Source: Utricularia gibba
Lineage: Eukaryota > Plantae > Magnoliophyta
Assembly: GCA_002189035.1 (NCBI GenBank)
Contig: NEEC01000013.1
Location: 2,666,001 to 2,730,000 of the forward strand
Length of the DNA: 64,000 nucleotides
Direction of reading: 5' to 3'
A program made the translations under genes and the position numbers. How positions within the stretch are numbered: position 1 is the stretch's first letter; each line of letters starts with the position of its first letter. Below, piece after piece: positions 25,648-41,093 of the stretch. Under the pieces are notes generated by a model. That model was not told the origin of the DNA and did no database searches. It saw nothing but the letters and a program-made list of their open reading frames with translations.

Positions 25648-25959
25648 CTGACAAAGTAACCGCTCAGTCTGATGTGGGCAGTGGTAAAATAAACTGAGGT
25701 AGCACTCGGCGAACGCAATCTCATACAGATTCCTTGTTTCTCGATTGGTCCATCGTAAAAGGAAAAGCCTTTTTTTGGGTCTCATTTTCGTGAACCGCTT
25801 GCAATGGAGGCCAGGCCATGCCTATGCATTACAATTACAACCTTTCAGTTATACTTTACACGAGCTGAAGGAAAGGAATTGTGAAACCGTTCTCGTTTGA
25901 TTTTACGGTACGGAGGAACACATGGGGAGATATGTAGTGGCATGAACTTCTACTGATAT

Positions 25960-26156
25960 GGTGAGGTGCGCCAGGCCAGAGCAGTAGTGCAACGCAATGG
26001 CGACGCGCGAGGAGCCGGGCCAGCAAGCTGACCCATTGGACCCTCCCCATTAAAAATTAATTTAATATCGTGTGAGCCATTGGCCCACGTATCAGATATT
26101 AAACTGATAAGAACAGATACTACACTTGATCTTAGCCAAAAGGCCGAGAAAGGTAT
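25960..26156 (-). ncRNA. U2: U2 spliceosomal snRNA
   Basis: Reverse strand reads ATACCTTTCTCGGCCTTTTGGCTAAGATCAAGTGTAGTATCTGTTCTTATCAGTTTAATATCTGATA, the canonical plant U2 5' end with the GUAGUA branch-pairing motif. About 197 nt, followed by an AGTAGAA 3' box. Confidence 0.97.
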
Positions 26157-26183
26157 GAGCTGAGTCGATGGGCGCTCGGTTCG

Positions 26184-26233
26184 TTTTATAGGCAACCATA
26201 CCCACTACCGGATGTCCACGGCCGATGTGGGAT
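26184..26233 (-). promoter_or_regulatory. snRNA Pol II promoter: USE (ATCCCACATCG, 26233-26223) and TATA (TATAAAA, 26190-26184)
   Basis: Matches the plant USE consensus RTCCCACATCG; the 32-bp USE-TATA spacing is the Pol II type. Confidence 0.92.
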
Positions 26234-26476
26234 CCAAAAAGTCGCTGGATGCGATTTTCGTGCCATTTTTGTTCTAAATATTTAGTCTATATATAATTTA
26301 TAATTAATTTAAAATAATAAATTAAATATTAGAAATTAGAACTTCATTTAGAAACTAACGAACGATCCCGGAGTGTGTTCGTTCTAATCATTTAATCTCC
26401 TCCAAGGGGTTTCTAACAATTCCTTCTACTTGAGATACAACAAACAAGAAATGCATCTTGAACGCCCATCCAGTGG

Positions 26477-28308
26477 CTACCAAGGCTGACCCTTTCCACC
26501 GATTCTCCTAGCCAGCTCGAAATCCTTTTTCACTGGCAACAGACAAAGCACAAGCCCTCAGAAACAGGTTTTACAACAGTAAAAGAACGGTAAACTTTAC
26601 ACTGGTGTGGGCATGGAAACTGGAGGTGCCAAGGGAAACTTACTTAGGGTCACACGCTTTGCATGAATGGCACATAGCATTGCCTCTTCGAACAGCTGGA
26701 CTAAGTAGTACTCAGCAGCCTAATGGAGAGAGTCACAAGGTATCTTGGAGGTTAGAAGTATGCCTTCAACCTCATGTATGGATGGATGCTCACAGCAATA
26801 AAACTTTCAAAGTTGTTTTCTCTGTGTTGTTGATGAGGAAAGAGATGGTTATACCTCTTGAAGAGCAACTAAAGCTTCTGCTTGCCAACGAGCAACTTCT
26901 GGTGAAAAATGGAAGGAGATTTCCTTTACCTGTCGTTAGTTAGATCACACAAATATCAATTCCATGTTGAAGCACGAGCAGCGTGCCAAGAATTAAGATA
27001 ACAGACATTGCAAGTGCTGATTTTTATAGCTTGCAAAGAATGCGGGGTGAAACAAAGCAGTTAGACAGACATGTGTAAACTGCGTGAACTACCTAAACTT
27101 CCTGTCACCTAAATTAATGGATAGAAGCTTGACCCCAAGCATAAAGAAAGAAGCAAGGAATGCTTTCCAGTTAGGAAAGATTGCCATGCATATATCAGCG
27201 CCCTTTTGATAAAAATCTCAAGGCCACTGAAGGAGACAGATGCATAACTTGTGCCTTAACAGCTACTCAGTTTACAGGACATTTAGCAGAAAAACAGGGT
27301 GTGCATGACAAAAAATCTCAGAGATATCAGGCAAAGGTTCCATGGAAACATTTATTGAATAGTGAAATGAAAGAGTGGGTCCCCATATATGAGATATCAG
27401 GCAAAAGCTCCGCAAAAACATTTATGAATAGCCATACTGCCAAAGGGAACTGCACATTTTACTGAAAGTTGTTCAGAAACCACCAAGATAGCTAACTATT
27501 TCAGAAATATCAAAAGAAATTGTCGATGAACGCCAGAAGTAATCAGCATTGTAATCAAACACGTGAATGCTTAAGTATTCACATTTTCCATAAGATTCAT
27601 TTGAGTATGCTAAATTGTTCACAGGATTCAGTATGCTGTGGTTTTGTGGTCATTCAAGCATTCATGTCATGGATTCAAGGGAATAGCTTAAACCCAACAT
27701 GAAATATATAGAAGTAAAAGTCATTGCAGTGGCACTAGAAATTCACCAATCGAATAAAAGGAGCCGCAGGAATCAAAAGGTTCCATGATTTCTGATATCT
27801 TCGGATTTCACGCAACGCAACAGTCCCAGGTCTGTGCCGCCGTTTCTTCTCTGATTGACGATCTCCTCTAGCTGAAAATAATAAAAATAAATATCTTCTA
27901 CCGCACATCACAAATCCATTGAACGAAACGCCAGTCCACCGTTTGAACAAAGAAAGTAAATCGCTATTGAGAATTGAACTCACATCGCGGAGAAGTATGA
28001 GCACCCCTTTTGGCAGACCGCTGCAAAATACAGCCCACATTTCAATGCCAAAGAGTAAATACCGGGGAACGAGCGGTTACATAATGTGAAGCCAATGACT
28101 GCAGAATGGCAGTTACCTTGGCACTCGAAGTTGGAGTCGAGGGAGGAGCTCCTGAAGCTAAAACCCCAATAAAAAAAAAAAAAAGAAAACAAAGGGCAAG
28201 AAATTAGGGATTCCAAGCAGTTGAAGAAGGATGCATGAAGAGAGAGACTCGCTCACCGGAGGCTCTCTTGTCACTGCTTTTGGTAGCGCGCTGCTTCACC
28301 CTCGCCAT
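26477..28308 (-). CDS. CENH3: Centromere-specific histone H3 variant, 7 exons
   Basis: Divergent tail [17 protein letters not shown]..., then [31 protein letters not shown]|[25 protein letters not shown]|[25 protein letters not shown]|[18 protein letters not shown]. The LLIPAAPF motif, longer loop 1 and GGKGQPW end are CENH3 hallmarks. Confidence 0.96.
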
Positions 28309-28527
28309 GAATTCTCACTGGTTGTTGCCTGACAACATTTTTAACGGTAGGTTTTCTCCTTTCCCCCAAGTTTCGAACTCCTCCAGAAAAATAAAAGTTA
28401 TATGCATTTATATTTTTTAATCCTAATTTTCTAAAAGACTTCGCGGTTGGATCTGTGGGCAAAATTAAATCGGGCAGAACCCTAGTCATCACCGCTCGCC
28501 GGAGTCGGGAACGGGGCTGCTACCTAA

Positions 28528-29494
28528 ATGCCTTTGGGAAAATACTATTGCGATTACTGCGATAAGCAATTTCAGGACACGCCGTCGGCGCGGCGGCGCC
28601 ATCTTCAGGGGATCGTCCACCAGAGAGCCAAGGCCCTCTGGTACGATACACTGCGTTCCTCCCAATGTACGCCCCGCAACAAATCTGTACACTGTAGCTG
28701 TTTCAATTTTCCATTGAATTTTTCGCTTATTTTCTTTCCCGAATGTTTTGTATTCTTATCAGGGGCGGATGAGGCACAGGAGCATCCGCCTTTGGGCGGA
28801 GGAGTTTGCAATCGCTTTGTACGGACGGTAAGATCAACCCCAGATGTATAGAGCTTTAGGTTATAAGCTTATGTTTTGGTTTCAGTTGCCCCTGTTCGTA
28901 GGTTCCCCGTGTTTGCAGCCGTAGGTTTTTCTCTAAGTTGCCTCAGATACATATAGCTTCATGGTGCAAGTTGCTCATTGTTCCTTGAATATGTTAGAAA
29001 TTCTCGTCTGGAAACTGAATCCAAACCTCTTTTCCCCAAGTGTTCTTGCCGCTATGGAGATTCTTGCAAATATTATCATCCACAGAGAAATGCAGCGCAT
29101 GTAATTTCTCCAGTAATGAAAGGTAGGTGGTCTTTCTTACACACAAACATATGAATGATCTGTGAAGTACACATCTAAGGTGCCCCTTTCGCTGTACTCA
29201 TCTCCGGGAACAGGATCTGTGCACAATCCAACGTCCCAAAGTCCTGCTGATGCTTTTCACAAAGATGCTTCTTTTCCTGGTATGCCATCGTCTACCGAAA
29301 ACTGTTTTACAGATTTACTTCAGAAACAAAAAGACATGTTTCTGTACATTGGGTTTTGTCCATAAGAACAACACATTTCTGCAGTCGCATTTCTTGCCAA
29401 TCAAATGGGAACATCACTGAGAAACCTGCCTCCCTCTCTGTGGCCTCCTCCAGAGGGTGGATATCCACCTCTGCCCTTCATTGACTGGGGATAG
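28528..29494 (+). CDS. ZMAT5: U11/U12 snRNP 20K, ZMAT5-like U1-type and CCCH zinc finger protein
   Basis: MPLGKYYCDYCDKQFQDTPSARRRHLQGIVHQRAKALWYD, CCCH segment VCNRFVRT|CSCRYGDSCKYYHP, and C-terminal LPPSLWPPPEGGYPPLPFIDWG*. Confidence 0.9.
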
Positions 29495-30353
29495 ATGTGA
29501 GTATCCAATAAAAAGGCCACAGTTTTCGACTGGTGCTCTAGCGCTTGTCTGATTCACAAGTTGCAGGAGTTTATGATCTAGTTCAGCATCCAGGAGTTGT
29601 AGCTTCAGGCTGCTTATATGGAACTGTTGCTGAACCTGTTCTGAATACTCTTAAGAATCCCACTCAGAAGGCGTATGGTTTCAGCAGCTAATGTGTGGAA
29701 ATTGTAAATATTTAGCGTTGTTAAAAAACAAGAATTATGAAAATAATATTTGATTGAAAATGAATCATTTTATTTCTTATTTTTATCTATTTTTTATTTA
29801 TAATAAAACGCCCTTAAAAAACATCATTTATTGAATTCAAGTCGAAATTTTTTAATATTTGCATATTTACCCCTACAAAACATCAATTTCGAAAAGGGGC
29901 CCAAGAAACGGTTGGCGCGCCTAAAATATTTTGGTTGCTTCTTCCCTGTACTCCTGCAACACCGTAGGATGGTAATTACTAATTCTGTACGGTCAACGTT
30001 TTTACCTTGTGCATCATATATGGCAAACTCTCTTGAGAGTATTTGATAGAATATAGAGTTTCGAAGTGTGTAGGGGGCCGGAATTTTCTCAGTTTTCTCC
30101 AGTGGATTAAATCCGCTTCCAGATTTTCGCGTAGGTATGTGCTCGATTCATTGAATCGTAATTCTTCGTTCGGTTTCCATTGCAATGTCGACGAATGTGA
30201 CGCAGATCCAGAAAGGATTGCGGATTGGATCTGATTTTTCCTTTTGAGGATTTGTTTGATCTCTTGTCAAATATTGTGTAGTTGTTTTTGCGTGCGTGTG
30301 TGTTCAGATTTTTGCGTGATTGCGTGACGAGACGTGCGTTTTATTGTTGTTAG

Positions 30354-31884
<1,531 letters not shown>

Positions 31885-32632
31885 CCGATCCTACCCGAAC
31901 ACAATATGCATCTCCTTCACAATTTCCATTCCAATTAATGGTTACTTAGGCTTGCACTTGATCTAGAAATATTTAGCTCAAAGAGGGTGATCCCTCATGG
32001 GAGTCGGTGACTGAATTGAAATGGATCGATTCTGGAACCCTCCCGCTGCCTTACCAGCGTTACATACCAATAAGGGCAACATTTGGCTATGTTTGTTGTT
32101 TATATTTTATGAATAAATATTCAGTTTTTGTGTTTTTTGAAAATATTTATGAGTAAAGATTTTCATTTTTCTTCAATTCCAGTTGTTTTTCTTCTTTCAA
32201 CGTACCTTTTTTTTTTGTGTTTTTCCGTTGATCACGATTGTCTGCTATGAAAGATGAGGAGATCCCGGTGATCCAGGATTCATATTATCATTATGTATTT
32301 CTCTAGGAAATGAACCCGTTTTTTTAACCTAGATATCCTTCTGCGATTTCGTGTTGATGCTTTTTCCGAAGAGGGAGCCATTAGCTTGTTTTGTCAAAAT
32401 CTTTCAAGAACCTGATCGAAGGGGCATAAGAAGTTTGTCTAAAAAGCAGGTATTATTTCCAGATGGAGTCCCGGAATGGAGTGTAGTCCCACTTTGGCCA
32501 CTTCCATGGCCGTGTGAGCGACAGAAGGTGGAAACCCTTTTCAGTCATATGTTAAATAGTGTAGTATTTACATGATGCAATAGTACAGAGAAGTTCATAC
32601 CGCAGCTCCAAAGCTAGATACTGGAGTATTGA

Positions 32633-34439
32633 CTAATGATATAGGTCGTAGCTGCCTCTGTATGTTCCAGAAGAACTTGTTGCAGAAGGAATTGCACAAG
32701 TCGGCAAGGAGGCCAGCTCTAGCTGCCCAATCCATTCCTCACCTGTTTTCAGAGTAATGCTCTTCTGCACTGCACATGCATCCACACAGATCATTTTCAT
32801 GTACTCGTCGTTTCCGAGATCAGGGATGGATCTGCTGGTATTCCTCCATGGATTCCACACCACTGCACCGGAATATGGTAAGTAGGCCTACAGAAGAAGC
32901 GGATTACGGTAAGCATTCTCTTTGACACTTGCCTAGATCAGGGAGCCCTGTTTTCCTCAGAACGCATGTTCTTCTTCTTCTTCCATGATCGAGAACTTTC
33001 ACGCACGATGGTGTGCTCAAGTAAACTCGGTCTACCTGCACACCAAGTCCAACCCTCATATACTGGAAAGTGAGGAGTTCTGACGTGGGATGTCAGGGAT
33101 AGCTACCTCTGAGTCGATCGTGACAGCGTCACCTTGTTCTATGAGGCATTCCCTTCCACGAAGATTATCAAGGTAATGCAGAGTTTCCAAGTCCTCTATC
33201 CGAATCTCACTGCAGGGATTCAAATGGTGGTTAGCAAATCAGAGCATGATGAACCGAAATTATGACCTTGGAATGAGTTGATTTGCCTGATATCTGGAAC
33301 AGAGAGGTGAGTGTGGTATCCGAAGGTGAAGCTGAAAGGCCTCCGGCCGATGTTCTTTATACGGGAGATCAACTGCAATTCTCCGCTTCTCCAGAGGGCA
33401 ACACGGTGGCGAAACTCAATGCTGAAAAAGGGATGAAAAAGAATCAAATCTAATAGCACCATCGATCACATCCGAGAATGCGAAGGAAGAAAAAAAAAAC
33501 CCTACCCATAAGGGCAATACTGTTGCCCTAGCATCAAATCGACGAAGCTTCCATCCGGCGAAGGAGCACCGTCGATCGACCAGATTCTGTTGCTGGCGAA
33601 GCCATGCTGATTCAGCCACTCCCGATCGCCGAACTGAAACGTGATCACGGTTCAGAACCGGATATCGGAGAAGATGAGAACAGAATTCGTTCGAATTGCG
33701 CCCGGCACCTCGGGAAAGAAGATCGAAATCCCTCCTCGCATCCCTCGGGGAGACTGCCGCAGATTTCACTGTTAGCATGGGAAACGCAACAGAAAGGACA
33801 AGCAGCGCGACGGAGAGATTTGGGTTCGTCCCTTACCCTTTTGCTGGTGAAGAGCACCTCTTCGCATCTGTCATTCCTCCATGAAATGACCTTCCCTCCG
33901 TACAATTGCACCTGGACTTTCCCTTCCGCGTCACCAACTTTCCAACATCGAACGGTAACAACAGTGCAACATAACAGGTGCGCCTTTTTTTCTTTTTTAA
34001 AGTTTTAGGGCTCCAAATCCCAAATAACTCAAAATTTCATTTCAAGTATACAAATTCAACATAATAATGCATTATATTATCTAAAAAAAGATCATTTTTA
34101 TTAGAGATGGGTGAAATTAAGTTGCATAGAAATGAATGATTTTGTAACACCTATATGTACTTCATAGAAAATATTATTTAAGAAAAGATTAATTATTGCA
34201 TATTTGATATAAATTTTGTAAAAAACTTATCAAAATTTTAATAATAATTATAATATTTTCTAAATAAAATTGAAAATTGGAAGAAATTTTTGAAACAAGA
34301 AGGATGGTAGTGTTTTTTGAAAAATAAAATTAATGTGCATTATATTACCACAAATGAAATTTTCATACTCTATCAAATATGCCCTACTTCTTACTATTGC
34401 GGAGGCTCCGACAGGGCTTCGAAGAACCACGTCATTCAT
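32633..34439 (-). CDS. Aldose 1-epimerase family (glucose-6-phosphate 1-epimerase-like), tandem copy A
   Basis: MNDVVLRSPVGASAI|VQLYGGKVISWRND...|SPRGMRGGISIFFPE|FGDREWLNQHGFAS...|FSFTFGYHTHLSVPDI|...VDRVYL|VVWNPW...MICVDA. The start codon is uncertain. Confidence 0.88.
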
Positions 34440-34481
34440 TGCACGATCCTCTAGACATAGACTCAAAGTTACGACATATGA

Positions 34482-36370
<1,889 letters not shown>

Positions 36371-36826
36371 ATTATAAGCAAACCGGCGGTTGACAGCTGG
36401 AGCTGAGGTTGGTAAAATTTGGGATAGGGAGATGAGAATTAGTAGCGTGGTTTGGATATGTTAATCTCGCCCTGAATTTATAATGCAGGCGTTAGTTGGA
36501 GTTACGTGGTGGTGGATTCTGTTAATTGCATGCAAAGTGGCATTTGTGCGTCATGGATGAGTCGACTACGTGCATGCATACTTTTTCTAATAGAAAGAGG
36601 ATTGAGTCTGAAATTCTCATCCCATATCCAGAATTACTGCGTCCATAGTCGGCCGACCGATAGGAGAAGACGAAGGGATGCTGCTTCAGGTTCATGCATC
36701 GATTTGTGCTCTGGTTTTTGAAATGGTGGAAGCTTTGTTCTTATCAAGAATGATTTGAATTCGCTTTTCTTGCATTGATCAGTTAAACAGTAATATGTGC
36801 ATGATGCAATAGTACATGGCATTGCT

Positions 36827-38449
36827 TCAAATCTTGATACTGGTACTTGCTCTGCGTGTTCCAGAAGAACTCACTCTGTTTACTTCAGAAGAATTTACTT
36901 TGTTTGTTCTGGATGAACTGGCTCTGTTTGTTTCGGTTGAATTGGCTCTCTTTGCTCCAGAAGGACTGGCTCTGTTTAGTTCAGAAGAATTAACTTTCTT
37001 TGTTCTGGATGAACTGGCTCTGTTTGCTTCAGAAGGACTTGCAACTGGGGAGAAGAAGCTGGTCGGGAAGGAGGCCAGCTCCAGCCGTGCAGTCCATTCC
37101 TTACCTGGTTTTAGAGTGATGCGCTTCTCTACTGCACTTGCATCTACGCAGATCATTTTCAGGTAGTCGTCGTTTCCGAAATCCGGGATGGATCTGCTGG
37201 TATTCCTCCATGGATTCCACACCACTGCACTGGATTAAGTATAAGAAGGCCTACAGAACAAGCAATTGGAGATAATATTGGACACTTGCCTACATCAGGA
37301 AGCCCCTTCTTCCTCAGAACACACGTTCTTCTTCTTCCATGATCAAGAACTTTAACGCACGGTGGTGTGCTCAAGTAAACTCGGTCTACCTGCACACCAA
37401 CCATCATATAGTCGAAGGTATGGAGTTCTGAGGTGGGATGCCTCAATTAACTACCTCGGAGTCGATCGTAACAGCATCACCTTGTTCTGTGAGACATTCC
37501 CTCCCACGAAGGTTGTCCAGATAATGCAGAGTTTCCAACTCTTCTATCCGAATTTCACTGCAGACAGTCAAATAATGGTTTGCAAATCCGAGCAAGATGA
37601 GGTGTGATCTTGGAAAATGAGTTGATTTACCCTATATCTGAAACAGAGAAGTGGGTGTGGTATCCGAATGTGAAGCTGAAAGGGCTCGTGCTGATGTTCT
37701 TTACACGAGATACCAGCACCAAGTTCCCAGTTTTCCCTAGGGCAACACGGTGACGAAACTCGATGCTGAAAAAGGGGGAAAAAGGAATCTAAGAGCCCCG
37801 CGGATCACATCTAAGAATGTGGAGGATGTCAAAATTGGCTACCCAGGAGGGCAGCCCGCTAATATCAAATCGACTAAGGTTCCATCTCGCGAAGGAGCGC
37901 CGTCGATCGACCATTCTCTGTCACTCGCGAAGCCATCCCCATTCAGCCACTCGCGATCGCCGAACTGAAACGTCAATCGCGGTTCAGAACCGGAAATCGG
38001 AGAATACCGGAACGGAATTCGTTCGAATTGATCGCCACCTCGGGAAAGAAGATCGAAATCCCTCCTCGCATCCCTCGGGGAGACTCCTGCAGATTTCACT
38101 GTTGATCAACCGGAGCATGGCAAGGCTAACAGGAAGAACAAACAAACCACCGTAGAGGCTTCAGCCCGCCGCTTACCCTGTTCCAGGTGAACAGCACTTC
38201 CTCTCCTCTGTCATTCCTCCATGAAACAACTTTTCCTCCATGCAATTGCACCTGAATTTCCAGTACACGTCACCCACCAACTCGACAACAACGGTACCTA
38301 ACCGTTGTGCTTTATTTTCCATTAAATAAAATACATCATAATTCACCTACCAAACCCTAAATCCTTACCATTGCCGAGGCTCCATTAGGGCTAATAAGCA
38401 GCACGTTGTACGGCACACCACCACCTCCCTTGGTAGATTTACCACCCAT
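36827..38449 (-). CDS. Aldose 1-epimerase family, tandem copy B with repeat-extended C-terminus
   Basis: MGGKSTKGGGGVPYNVLLISPNGASAM|VQLHGGKVVSWRND|ESPRGMRGGISIFFPE|FGDREWLNGDGFAS|...YHTHFSVSDI|VDRVYL|VVWNPW...MICVDAS; same exon layout as copy A. Confidence 0.88.
36839..37030 (-). repeat. 48-nt (16-aa) x4 coding tandem repeat in the tail of epimerase copy B
   Basis: EANRASSSRTKKVNSS / ELNRASPSGAKRANST / ETNRASSSRTNKVNSS / EVNRVSSSGTRRASTS. Confidence 0.9.
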
Positions 38450-39235
38450 CTATAATAAAATAAAATAATCAAAACCAAATTCTTCAAGTTTTTTTTTTAA
38501 AAAAAAATCATTAATTCCAATATTCATACAAGTGAATTAATAGATTAAACGATATCTATAACACATACCTAACTCGTAATATGAAAAATACGATAAGAAA
38601 TACAAATCAATAGTAATTAAGAGCGGGAAAATGGGGTGGGAGCAGTTATGTGTGTTATTATTTATAGTATAAGATTGCATGGGATTATATTCTTTTTGTT
38701 TGTTCATTGAGTACACTCATATTTCGATAATATTCATATGTCAAAGTTGAATAATATCACATGCAATGCCTTTTTGTTTCGTAACATTATTTTGAGGATT
38801 TAAATTTATTATTAATTACGAAAGATTTATTTTTCAAAAAATTTAAAAATTTAGAATCATTTCTTTTTTTTTTTTTAAGAATCGAAAACCTCAATTTCTC
38901 AATGATTCTATTTCTTGATAAATACGAATAATTTCTATTACAAAAAACCTCAACGATTTCGAAATATTGTTTATTTTTTAAAAAAACTATAAAATCAAAA
39001 AATTTACGTCATTACGTCTCAAAAATTAGTTTTAAGAAGATATATCAAATACAAGATTAGGTTTTGGTTTCTTTCTTTTCAAGGTTTGTTAGCTTTAACC
39101 AAAGTACCCCAACGCCACTTGGTAAAAGCAAAGTGAGAATTAGGAGGTGGTGCAGTCAGTCAGTCGCCTTTGAGTACTGGCATCGCATCGCATCGCATGC
39201 ATATACCTAAGAGTTAGATGTAACTTTTGCTGCAT

Positions 39236-41093
39236 TCAAGTAGCCGCCACAGCATCGCCTCGCAGGCTGTTGCCATCCAGAAGCTGATGAAGCTTCGCCG
39301 GAGATCTGCTCTCGTAGACCACCGCGCCCTTCTCGTCGTCGGTATCTCGATCATCGGAGTTGTTGACTCTGGCAAGGAGGTTCATGGTGGCCACTGGCTT
39401 CGCCCTCTGGTTGCTGTCAGTTAGTCCAGGATGAGGAGAACCATGGAGCCGTTCCTGCAGAAACCAGCCCCAGAAATCACCCGAAATCTTTAAAGGTGAA
39501 GCAATCGGAGTTGGACGAGTGAAGTAGTACCATGAGGGCAGCGTTTTGAAGCTTGAGCTTTGCAGAGCTTTCCATCAGCTTCTTCATCTCGGCCTTGAGA
39601 GTCAGATTATCACAGGTGAGTGCGTGAACCTTGTTGGCCAGTTCCTCGGCCTCTGCCTGCGTGAGCAAGAAATTCCAGTGAGGAATGCATATGATGAGCT
39701 GCTAAGCAAGTGTAGGAAATGGATATGAACCTGTTTTCGGAGTCTCGATCTTCTAGCGGATTCTCTATTCGACTGTTTCCGTCTCTCACGTTTCATTTCC
39801 CGTTCGTTCTGCAAGTACACGAAGCTCGTGATCATGAAATGGCTGGAAGTTCAGAAGTCATTAGCATTTCAGTAGAACAGACCTGTGTCCATGAAGGAAC
39901 CTGCTGTGAGACATTCAGTTCAATGGGGTTGATCTCAGTCTTTGCTACCAGTGCATCGGAAAGGGGAGCCACATCCACTGCTGCTGCCTTATCAGACGGA
40001 GGAGGAGCCAACCGACTGTTGAGAGCATCGACATCTTTCCGGAAAAGGCAGAACGCAATGCAGAAAACGTAGAACTTTGTGACAATTCAGGACACCATCA
40101 CGTTGGATTGAAGAGAGGCAAAGAGGAGAAGAGACTGACTGTTTTTCGGTGATCCTCGTCTGCTTCTTTTCATCCTGGCTTCATTGGCTCTCTGTGATGG
40201 AAGATCAGAATGATAAGCAGACCTTTTTGGACAAGGAAAGCAGATATGGAAAGGGAGATGCTTACCCCTCCCAAAGTTCCATTGTTTCCATCCACTGAGC
40301 CACCATTGGGCTCACTGCACATCACAAAGCATAGCATAATCCCAAAACATCAGTAGAGAGCAGAGTATCAATCAAAAGGATAGAAGATTACAAAGACTGC
40401 AATGATATTCGAAAGTTGCTGTAAACCTGTCTGATGATCCGGGGTCATTTATATCGAAATTTCCATGAAGGGCTATAAGCTTTGTAATGAAACCTCCATC
40501 TGTTTTTGCAGACGATTCCATGGTCGGAGAAGTACAAGCCTAAACCAAGTAGCATGAATCAGGTAGGCAATAATACTCAGTGTTAACAACAGACAAACCA
40601 GACCTCACAGGAGTATTCTGTGCATAATGAGGAGGGATCGTAGACTTAACTATGAGGAACCTTTTTGTAAGCAAGCTTTCTAAGATTTCTATAAAACTTC
40701 AAGCACATCCAAAAGCAATGAAAACATGGGGCTGAGTAGCCCGCATATAAGCGACTCAAGTACTGTGGCGTGGTTAAACTTCAAGTACCACGACACACTG
40801 ACTGTATGTTATCTATATGAGCATTGTCAATACATACGCACAGTGCTGTTATATAGGTGGGAATCAACCAACTGTACAGTGCTGCTTTTGTTGTCCGGAT
40901 GAATGGATTTAGAGCCACTGGGGAAGAAACTTAACCAGAAAAGGAAACATAAGAGTTCCTCAAACTAGCATAAGACTCGGGCAGGCTTAAACTGCAAATA
41001 AGATACACGAAGCAGAAACAGGATGCTCACCATTGGAGGCGGTGATGGCTTTTCGCCTTTGACATTCTTTCCTTCTTCAGTGCTGCTTCCCAT
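39236..41093 (-). CDS. G-box binding factor bZIP (group G, GBF2/GBF3/CPRF1-like)
   Basis: MGSSTEEGKNVKGEKPSPPPM first exon; bZIP NEREMKRERRKQSNRESARRSRLRKQ|AEAEELANKVHALTCDN; C-terminal AKLHQLLDGNSLRGDAVAAT*. Confidence 0.88.

Noticed and set aside
36816-37166. 116-aa plus-strand ORF with repeated ELALF motifs
   Set aside because: Antisense mirror of the 48-nt repeat in epimerase copy B; no independent evidence.
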